A stretch of DNA of 19,674 bases from Paraspadella gotoi (Eukaryota > Animalia > Chaetognatha). Shown in pieces: positions 1 to 8,635 of the stretch (positions within the stretch are counted from its first letter, which is position 1; each line of letters opens with the position of its first letter). Both the position numbers and the translations under genes were made by a program. The stretch covers positions 1-19,674 of the forward strand of contig JBJCIZ010001206.1 of the NCBI GenBank assembly GCA_051294375.1, read 5' to 3'. Under the pieces are notes generated by a model, which saw only the letters and a list, made by a program, of their open reading frames with translations, did not search any database and was not told the origin of the DNA.

Positions 1-174
1 TCTCCGTCAGTCTCACATAATTTTCACCATTTGGTTTAAACTGCCTTTTTCTTCGCACTTGGTCCCCGTTCGTTTTTTGTCTTTACGCCTTCTCGCCGTT
101 CGGTTCCGACGAGCGCCATCTTCTTCGTCTTTCGTTCTTTTGCTCTTCACCATCGCCTGTCTGGCTTATTCAAC

Positions 175-378
175 TTAGTCTTCCGTCTTTAACTTTCGCC
201 CTTCGGTCTTTCGCTTTCGCTTTCCCTTTCCCCTTTCGCCTTTCGCCCTTTCGCCTTCGCCTTTCGCCTTTCGTTTCCTTTCGCCTTTCGCTGCATTCGC
301 CATTTCGCCTTTCATATTCGCCTTCTCCATTTTACGCTTCTTCCGCCGAATATAAATTTCCGATTCGCAAACTTGCAC
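175..378 (-). CDS. Possible fragment of a low-complexity Lys/Glu/Gly-rich coding region, probably frameshifted by indels
   Basis: Purine-rich minus strand across 1-650 with AKGE/KAKG-like repeats. No recognisable domain. Confidence 0.2.
   Translation of the reverse strand: MQVCESEIYIRRKKRKMEKANMKGEMANAAKGERKRKAKGEGERAKGERGKGKRKRKTEGRKLKTED
194..322. repeat. Degenerate (TTTCGCC)n tandem repeat
   Basis: Repeated tttcgcc/ttcgc units. On the minus strand they read as K/A/G/E/R-rich codons. Confidence 0.8.
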
Positions 379-809
379 TCCTATTTTTCTTTCCTTTGTT
401 CTTTTTCTTTTTTTCCTTTCTTTTCCTCAGTCTTACATCCTCACTTTTTGGATATTTGCGGTCTTTTTCCATTTTTTTTTATTAATATTCTTTAGTTTAA
501 TTTTCTTGTTTTCGTCAGCATCCATATGTCTTCATTCTATGTTGTTTGCACGGGTTTACTTCTTGGCACTTTTTCTTAATCTTCATTCTTTTTGATTCAT
601 TTCCCTTTTCCCCCTTTTATTGTTTACTTCTTTTTGACCTCCTGAAATATCTTGGGGCCAGTTTCCCCTTTCCTCTTTTTTTCTTGGGCTCCGCGTCGCT
701 CGCTCTCCTGCACTTTTACGATGTCCGATTCCTATAGTATAAGGTTCTTGTTCTATTCCCGGTCATAATCCTATCTGTGAGGTCTTTTACGGGGCATTTA
801 CTATCCGCT

Positions 810-1127
810 TCACTTGTATTAAAATCACTTTTCATAAAAATCACTTTTATTAGAAGATCAATTTTATTAGAATCACTTTATTGAAGATCACTTTATTAAA
901 ATCAACTTTTATTAAAAATCATTGTGTTAGAATCACTTTATTAAGATACTTTTATTACATAAATCATTTAATTAGGATCACTTTATTAAAAATCACTTTT
1001 TATTAAAATCACTTTTATTAAAATCACTTTATTTTAAGAATCACTTTATTAGAATCACTTTATTAAAATACTACCTTTTAATAAAATCACTTTTATTAAA
1101 ATCACTATTTTATTAAAATCACTTTTT
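810..1127. repeat. Minisatellite, ~14-16-bp unit TTATTAAAATCACTT(T), roughly 20 units
   Basis: Head-to-tail repeats of tattaaaatcacttt with variants such as tattagaatcacttt. No spacers. Confidence 0.9.
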
Positions 1128-1146
1128 CAATCTGGCCAATTACTCT

Positions 1147-1190
1147 CTCCAGTCTTCTGAGGCGTGGGTTCGAATCCACACCATCTGCCA
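1147..1190 (+). pseudogene. 3' half of a tRNA-Leu (anticodon-stem 3' strand, long variable arm, T arm, acceptor 3' strand)
   Basis: ctccagtcttctgaggcgtgggttcgaatccacaccatctgcca closely follows the eukaryotic tRNA-Leu(AAG/TAG) 3' half CTCCAGTCTCTTCGGAGGCGTGGGTTCGAATCCCACCGCTGCCA. B-box GGTTCGAATCC at 1167-1177. No D arm or anticodon upstream. Confidence 0.8.
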
Positions 1191-1205
1191 CCTCAAAAAT
1201 AGGTA

Positions 1206-1995
1206 TGAGTCGCGGCAATTGCGCTAGGTTCACCCCGCTTAAGCATAACCACCTTCAGTCTGGACCGGTGCTCATTGAGCTTACAGCCATCAGCTCATGT
1301 ACCACTAGGTACCGGTTCAAGTTCCAAACCTCGGACCTACCCTGTGGGAAACCGTTGAGGACGGCCGATAACCGCCTTGGGGTGCGTGGCACACCCATCA
1401 AGCCTGGTTCCAAACCCAGGACCCGGTTCCATGGCTTACTGAAGGGAGGTAGTGAAAGTACATTAGTCAAATACTTTAAGTTCAAGAACACACTTTACGC
1501 ACTAACCACCATCAGTAGAACTAAATTTTAAGAAATTAATTTTTGTTAATTTTCAGTAGGAAATTTATATGATATACTTATAAATCAAAATTGAAAATAG
1601 CTTATCTAATTACCAATATGCAATATTTGTTCTGCAAGTTAGTAGAAATATATCTAACAGTTGTGTTAAATTTCTTCTCATTAAGTTGAGTTAATCGATA
1701 AAACGAGAAGTATTAAAGTAAATTTCATTTATATAGCCTGTTCTATTATGACACTAAGAAGGAATAAAAAGGTACTCTCTAACTTTTATGACGTCCAAAC
1801 AAAAAACTGACCTTCGATTTAACATTGTAGATCTTATAGTGGCTATGCGATATGTAAATTTATGTTTTTTAACAAATGTTCTAGTAATGCTCGTCTCCAA
1901 GTTAGATTTTCTTAATTATAACTTACGAATTTTATAGCCTTACTGCTACTAAAGTTTAGTTACGGATGCTCTTCACCCACCTAGCCCTTATCACA
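1206..1995. mobile_element. 790-bp insertion with TG...CA ends, absent from copy B (solo-LTR-like or other non-autonomous element)
   Basis: Copy A reads aaaataggta[tgagt...atcaca]gtagacagag and copy B reads aaataagtaagtagacagag. The insert is flanked by GTA/GTA. It has no microsatellites, and its composition differs from the flanks. Confidence 0.7.
1243..1517 (+). ncRNA. Candidate structured RNA domain inside the insertion
   Basis: Stems found by eye: 1252-1259/1438-1445, 1261-1272/1308-1319, 1276-1281/1292-1297, 1329-1334/1355-1360, 1376-1384/1392-1402, 1403-1407/1416-1420, 1437-1459/1492-1517. G-U pairs favour the plus strand. Confidence 0.45.
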
Positions 1996-2074
1996 GTAGA
2001 CAGAGATTCGAGACGAAATCTAAGTGGATTTTATTTTTCAGAAATAGATCTTATACAAACGTGTCAATATTTGC

Positions 2075-2190
2075 GGCAGAGTGAATTCATTACAGTTGGT
2101 TCCAAATTTCTACAGCTCATCTGGATCGGAGGTCAGGTAAAATTCACGGCGGGGAAGCCAGTCGATCATTGTCGTGATTTGTCTCTGCCA
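2075..2190 (+). other. 116-nt imperfect fold-back closed by GGCAGAG/CTCTGCC-A
   Basis: ggcagagtgaattcattaca pairs with tgtcgtgatttgtctctgcc, gttggttcc with ggaagccagt, and atctgg with tcaggt. Confidence 0.45.
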
Positions 2191-2756
2191 CATGAGATGT
2201 TCATGCCCGTGTCTTGATGATTTAGTTTAGATTAGATTCCTTTGCGAATGATATTTCTATTCGCATATTTTAACTTGATGATTTTAATTTATGTATTATT
2301 ATCTTAATTTAATATTATTAATATATCCGCCGCGCTCCTTGACCTTACTTTACCTTACTCTCGCTGGCTCCACTACCTGCCTTGCCCCACACTGACCCGC
2401 CCGTCTCACCTTTGACGTTTGGCTAAAATCGCCTGACTCGTATTCGTTCGCGCCTGACTTTCGTCTGTGCCATCGGGGCGAAGAGAGTAATAGGAAGAAA
2501 AGGAGGAAAGAAAAAAAAAGGAAAAAAGGATCTTAGAAAGTAATAAAAACGAAGAAAGAAAGAAATGAAAAAAAATTATCTAGGAAGAAGAGACAAAATG
2601 AAAAAAAAGGAAAAGAGAGAATAAAGGAAAAAAAAAAGAAAGGAAAAATAATAGAAAGGAAAGAAGCCGAATGGAGGCGGAAAAGGAAAGAAAAGAGTTA
2701 TCTATGTTTTCAGGACTTTTCCTCCTTTAACTGCTTCAAGTATCGTCTTTTCAAAG

Positions 2757-3006
2757 CAGAGAGAGAGAGAAGGATAGAGAAAGAGAGAGAGAGAGATGAG
2801 AGAGAGACGAGAGAAGAGAGAGAAGAAGAGAGAGAGAAGAGAGAAGAGAGAGAGAGAGAAAGTTATTTAATGTCTTCTAGCAAAGATGTCTCACCTTTGG
2901 AAGCAAGAGAACAAAAATACACGCAGATTCAAATAACGTTTTTCTTTGTTGAAAAAAATGAGAAAGTATGTTTACACTTCCTCGGCTTTTCAATTTAATT
3001 AGTGGG

Positions 3007-3064
<58 letters not shown>

Positions 3065-3237
3065 CGAGCTGACGCGTTCGGTCGTAGTTTAATCTCGTTT
3101 TCAAGTTATATCTTTTTTTTTCTCTCTTCTTGTTGCCTGTTAACTGCGTGATAGGCTGCTACAATTCATGAGCGATAAATTGTGATGAAACAAGCGCTCT
3201 CTTAATCTCTCTCTCTCTCTCTCTCTCCTCTCTCATC

Positions 3238-3275
<38 letters not shown>

Positions 3276-3300
3276 TATCTCTCTCTCCTCCTCTTCTCTC
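2757..3300. repeat. Cluster of (GA)n and (TC)n microsatellites (~2757-2858, 3007-3062, 3207-3300)
   Basis: Direct reading. Counterparts lie at ~7415-7480, 7634-7710 and 7864-7950. Confidence 0.95.
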
Positions 3301-3824
3301 TTTCATCCTGATGTATAAGAAGGGAATTGATACAAATCACGAGTTTCTCTCGATTCAATTACAGTGAGTCTTCTTGGGAGAAAAAGTGATTATGTGAATG
3401 AAACATGAATCAACCCGTCCTGCTCGTCTGGCGAATATATTAATTCACATTTGGCGTATGAGTTATTAATTTATCATTTTGATTTTTCATGGATTTGTAC
3501 TCTTTCGCTGTCGACGTAATTCGATTGGCCTCTTTTCTTATTTTGTATGTATAAACAATTTAGAAAACACGTGACATTTTAACTTTTTAAATCTTGTTTT
3601 CTTTTGGCCATACAAGATCAGTAGTCGTTTAAAAAAACTTTTTTTGGTCTCTAAGCCTTAAAAGTTAAAAGTTAAATATTATTGTGATGAGAACCATAAA
3701 TGTGAATATATTCTAATTTTAATAATTATTCTTTTGCCGAAGAATTTCAGCTGCTTGCGATGGTCGCTCAAGAGTCTTCAATATTTTTCTTTAATCAAAT
3801 CCAAACAAACAAACATTTTATGAG

Positions 3825-3874
3825 TCTCTCTCCCTCCCTCCTCCACCTCCCCTCCTCTCTCTCTCTCTTTCTCT

Positions 3875-3951
<77 letters not shown>

Positions 3952-3977
3952 CTTGCTCTCTCTGTCATCTCTCTCTC
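3825..3977. repeat. (TC)n microsatellite
   Basis: Direct reading. Counterpart at ~8519-8670. Confidence 0.95.
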
Positions 3978-4627
3978 CTATTTGAAAGTCTTCCAGAAAA
4001 TACAGCTCATAATTTTATGAAAGTACAAGAAAAAATAAGGAACCGAGGTTTTGCAAAAATGTTTGCAGAAATTTTGCAGAATCGTCGCCAAGAAAAACTA
4101 AAAATAGATTTTTTTCTTCTCTTCTCAAAACTGAAAATCAACAGAAAAAAAATAATCAGAAAAAAAAAGTGTATGGAAAGAAAATATAGAGGGAGCACTT
4201 CCAACTCTGAGGATATATCCTCTCCCACTCTCTCTCTCTTTCTCTCTCTCTCTCTAGTTTTGCATTAAATGTCGCTTATTTATTCAAAGTCCACTTTGTC
4301 TTTCATTACCTCTTCCGCTCCTCAGTTCAAAAAACCCCGCCAGTTATTTTTGTTATTGTTGTTATCTTTCCGCTTTCGCAATCTCACGCAGCCCAAGGGG
4401 GCGGGGGGGAGATTGAGTGTGACCACAGCCTCGTTTTCGCCGGCGATGCTCGCGCCATCTTTATCTCTCCCTGAGGATTTCTCCGCCGGCGACGAACAAT
4501 GCACAACGGACCTTTTGTTTGCCTCCCATGCGTTCGTTACTCTCTCTCTGTCTCGGTCTCTCTCTCCCATCCCATTTATGCAAATGAAATCCTGATTAGA
4601 TTTTTTTCCATTTATACATAACACGTT

Positions 4628-4733
<106 letters not shown>

Positions 4734-4974
4734 ACCGATATTTAACGTGTTCGACTTCCAGAGGATGGCGTCTCCGCCTAACCTCCTTCGTCTGAGTCCT
4801 TTATTTTTTTTAAAGATCGTTTTTTTAATCATCGGCAAAATCAAAGAAGGAAGCTTTAACAATTAAATAAAAAAATTTTATTGTGTTTTAACGTTTAACG
4901 TTAATTTTAATTTTTTTGTTTTGCAGAATAATCAATTAACGCGCAAGCAAAACTTCTTCGTCTGTCCGAGAGGT

Positions 4975-5024
4975 GACCCAAGGCCAACTAAGCTCAATGG
5001 ACCCGAGGCCAACTTGGCTCAATC
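4975..5024. repeat. 25-bp tandem duplication
   Basis: gacccaaggccaactaagctcaatg followed by gacccgaggccaacttggctcaatc. Confidence 0.8.
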
Positions 5025-5958
5025 GTAATGAAAGACAATTTTTTATTTGAAGACAAAGAGAATGAATTTTCTCTGCGGCGAAGATAGAAAGTGAAGAGAA
5101 AATAAGAGGGAATCGTTTCACTGTGAAAGATCGGGGGGGGGAGGAGTGAATGTGTTGGGGGGAGATGGTGAAATCAGAAGCGACAGTTGCGCCACCCATC
5201 GCTGTTGAAAAAAAAATCTATCGACCATTTCTCCCTACAAATCGTGAAAGGTCAGGAGAAAGTTGGTTTTATTTCTCTTTATTGTTCTGTCTTGACTCAC
5301 TCATTCTATTAATTCATACTTTTTCCGTTTTTTTATTATTTTTGTCGTCTTCTTGGTGAAACTTTTTTACTTTTTTATTTTTCTATTTCTTTTTACTTTC
5401 TATTTCGTCTTGACGGAAATTTCTTTCTTTCTTAAAAAAAAACGTTAAAAAAATAAGCGAAAAGCATAAGAAATTAGAATCGACATCTTGTCGAATTTCG
5501 ACTCTCGACTTTGAAATTAAATTCAATTTTTATTTTGCTCAGGGGAACGACGAAAGAAGCATAAAATAAAAGAGAAAAAATGAAATGAAAAAAGTTTACG
5601 AGTTTTTAGTTAAAAAAATTGAGTTTTGGTCTCAAGAAAGAAAAAAAAAGATTAAAAATTTATTGTTTTTTATTTGCCAAATCGGTTGACTGTTCGAGAC
5701 TATATTTTGTATGATATTTTTTATAATTCGTTATTATTCTATACTTTGTATAAATTTTATGAGATTCACAAAACTTTCTCTGGATAAAAACAAACAGAAT
5801 ATAAAAAGAAGAAACAAAAAAAAAAAAAAGAACGAGGCAAAAAACAAAAAAAACAAACAAAAAACAAAAACTAAAATTTTGCGAAAAAAAATGGCGACGT
5901 GAATTTTGTTTTGGTGGCGAGAATTCACGACTCACGACTCACGAATCCGACCGAAGAA

Positions 5959-6107
5959 GATTCACGTGAACGATTTCATTCTGATGCGAAAGGAAAGGAG
6001 GACCCAACCCCAAAGCAATTTCACGCAAACCGAAGATTGACTTACCCTACCTGAAACAAAGTCTCCCTTAGGGTTCCGCCTACAATCAGACTCTTTTAGA
6101 CAATGGA
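5959..6107 (-). repeat. Inverted copy of 14288-14483
   Basis: The reverse complement reads tccattgtctaaaagagt...aaccctaagg...tttcagg...gtcaatctt...cagaatgaaatcgttc(t)acgtgaatc, matching 14288-14483. The latter copy carries many extra bases. Confidence 0.85.
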
Positions 6108-6265
6108 CTTGGCCAGTTTTCCCCTTTGCCCTCTTTTTTCTTGGCTCGCTCGCTCGCCTCCCTGCATTTTTTCAACCGTCCGATTCCTATATATATTTCT
6201 TTTCTATTCCTGCCGGTCTAGTAATCCTATCTGGTGAGGTCTTCACGGGCCATTTACTATCCGGT

Positions 6266-6419
6266 TCACTTTATAAAATCACTTTATTAAAAATCACTTT
6301 TATAAAATTCACTTTTATTAAAATCAACTTTTATAAAATCACTCTATTAGAATCCTTATAATAATCAGCTTTATTAATAATCCACCTTGTTATTAAAAAT
6401 CACTTATTAAAATACACTT
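6266..6419. repeat. Minisatellite TTATTAAAATCACTT, shorter array (~10 units)
   Basis: Same unit as 810-1127. Confidence 0.85.
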
Positions 6420-6440
6420 CCAGCATCTGCCAATGTATCT

Positions 6441-6488
6441 CTCCGTCTCTTCCCTGGAGGCGTGGGTTCGAATCCCACGCCTCTGCCA
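6441..6488 (+). pseudogene. 3' half of tRNA-Leu, copy B
   Basis: ctccgtctcttccctggaggcgtgggttcgaatcccacgcctctgcca, with an intact T arm GTGGG-TTCGAAT-CCCAC and a B-box at 6465-6475. Confidence 0.8.
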
Positions 6489-6499
6489 CCTCCAAATAA

Positions 6500-6553
6500 G
6501 TAAGTAGACAGAGATTTCGAGACGTAACTCTCAAGTGGGATTTATTTTTTCAG
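6500..6553 (+). other. Candidate 54-nt spliceosomal intron
   Basis: GTAAGT donor and ttattttttcag acceptor. Copy A has a ctaag branch-like motif and the same acceptor ending at 2041. Confidence 0.4.
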
Positions 6554-7883
6554 AATAATAGATCTCTTATTCAAGACGGGTCAATATTTGCGGCAGAGTG
6601 AGATCAAATACAGGTGTTGGGTGTCCAAGTGTGTGTGAGCGTGTGATTCGGATCGGAGGTAAGGGTTAAAATCACCGCGCGGGTGGAGAACCATCGGATT
6701 CATTAGCACGGGTTGCCATTTGTCTCTAGCGCGTGGTCTTTACAATGAACGCCTAAATCCATCGTGCCCGTGTCGGTTGATCCGAATTTTAGATTTGAGA
6801 TTTGATTAGGATTCTTAGCTCGACTGATATCTCTATATTCGCATTTGATTTAATTGGAACTGATTTTATTTATTGTATTTAGTTATTTAATTTAGATATT
6901 ATTAATATACCGCCGCCTCCTTGACCTTACTTTACCCTTACCTCTCGCTGCTTCCACTGACCTGCCTTGCCCCACAACTGACCCGCCCAGTCTCACCTTT
7001 GACTGTTTGGCGCTCAGATCGCCTGACTCGTATTCGGTTCGCCGCCTGACTTTCGTCTGGTGCCACATCGGGGCCGAAGAGTTAATAGAGAAGAAAGATA
7101 TAGAGGAAGGAAAGAAGAACTAAAGTAAGAAAAAAGAAAAAAGGATCTTAAACATAATAAAAACGAAAGAAAGAACAGAAAGGAAAATGAAAAAAAATTA
7201 ATCTGCAGAAAGACGAAAATGAAAAGAAAGAAAAGAGAGAATAAAGGAAAAAAAAGAAAGGAAAAATAAAGAAAGGAAAGAAGACGAATGGAGCGGAAAA
7301 GGAAAGGAAAGAGTATCTTGTTTTCAGGACTTTTCTCCTTATAACTGCTCAAGGTACGTCTTGGCAAGCCAGAGAGGAGACGAAGGGAGAGAGAAGAGGA
7401 CGTGCCCCAAGGCGATGAGAGAGAGAGAGAGCGAGAGAAGAGAGAGAGAGAGAGGAGAGAGAAGAGAGAGGAGAGAGAGAGAAGTTTTTAATCGTTTTCT
7501 AGCAAAAGATGTCCACCTTGAAGCACAAGCAGAACCAAAAATAAACCGCAGATTCAATAACGTTTCTGTGTGTAAAAAAATGAGAAAGCTAATGTTTACA
7601 CTTCCTCGGCTTTTCAATTTAATTAGTTGGGGGGAGAGAGAAGAGAGAGAGAAGAGAGAGAGAGAGGGAGAGGAGATGAGAGAGAGAGAGGAGAAGAGAG
7701 AGGGAGGGAGAAGACGAGCCGCTTTCAGGTTCTAGTTTTAATCTCGTTCTTCAATGTTATATCTTTTTTTTCTTTCTCTTTTGTTCTGTGTACTGCCGTG
7801 TAGGCTGTACAATTCATGAGCGATAAATTGAGAAAAAGACGCCTCTTTCTCTTATCATCTCTGCTCTCTCTCGTCTCTCCTCT

Positions 7884-7932
<49 letters not shown>

Positions 7933-8567
7933 CTCCTCTTCTCTCTCCTTCTCCTGAGTATCAAGAAGGGATTATCTGAGCATACAATCACGAGCTTTCT
8001 CTCGATTCACGATTACAGTTGAGTCCTTCTTGGGAGGAAAAAAAGTGAATTATGTATGAAGAAACATGAATCACCGGTCCTGGCTTCGTCCTGGCGCGAA
8101 TATATTAATTCACATTCTGGCGCGATGAGTATTAAATTTAATCATTTTTTGATTTTCGATGGATTTTAACTTCTTTCGCTGTTCGAGCCCGTGTACTATT
8201 CGAATTGGCCCTCTTCTTATTTGTAGTGTCATAAACAATTTAGGAAAACACGTGACATATTTAACTTTTTAAATCTTGTTTTCTTTTGGTCCACTACAAG
8301 ATCAGTAGTCGTTTTAAAAAAAACTTTTTTTTCGGTGTCTCTAAGCCTTAAAAGTGTAAAAGGTAAATATTATTGTGATAGAGAACCATAAATGTGAATA
8401 TATCATTATTTAATAATCTATTCTTTTGCCGAAAGAATTTCAGTGCTTGCCGATGGTCGCTCAAGAGCTCATTCAATATTTTTCGTTTAATCAAATCCAA
8501 ACAAACAAACATTATGAGTCTCTCTCCCCTCCCTCCCCTCCCCTCCTCTCTTCTCTCTCTTTCTCTA

Positions 8568-8635
<68 letters not shown>

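Larger units (their letters stand above)
651..4255 (+). repeat. Direct repeat module, copy A (~2.8 kb plus a 790-bp insertion)
   Basis: Colinear with 6108-~8930 from cttgg(gg)ccagttt to caactctgaggat, ending in a (TC)n tract. Many small indels between the copies. Confidence 0.95.

Noticed and set aside
810-1127. CRISPR-like array
   Set aside because: Units are head-to-tail with no unique spacers, there are no cas genes, and the context is eukaryotic.
1340-1470. Group I intron core (ctgtgggaaa...aaccgc as P/Q, tagtc as S) or RNase P/MRP P4 (aagttcca/tggctt)
   Set aside because: No matching R element (GACTA) for P7, and the P4-like pairing is too short. Hammerhead (CTGANGA..GAAA) and HDV cores could not be completed on either strand.
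1205-1531. 108-aa plus-strand ORF and overlapping 78-aa minus-strand ORF in the insert
   Set aside because: No recognisable motif. The ATG straddles the insertion junction, and the open frames are explained by local GC richness. Not excluded, but unsupported.
1553-1940. Minus-strand frame interrupted only by TAA/TAG (alternative genetic code)
   Set aside because: The peptide is unrecognisable, TGA scarcity is expected in AT-rich DNA, and nothing else indicates code reassignment.
2415-2432. U2 snRNA-like tttggctaaaatc
   Set aside because: No branch-pairing GTGTAGTA or Sm site follows, and copy B differs.
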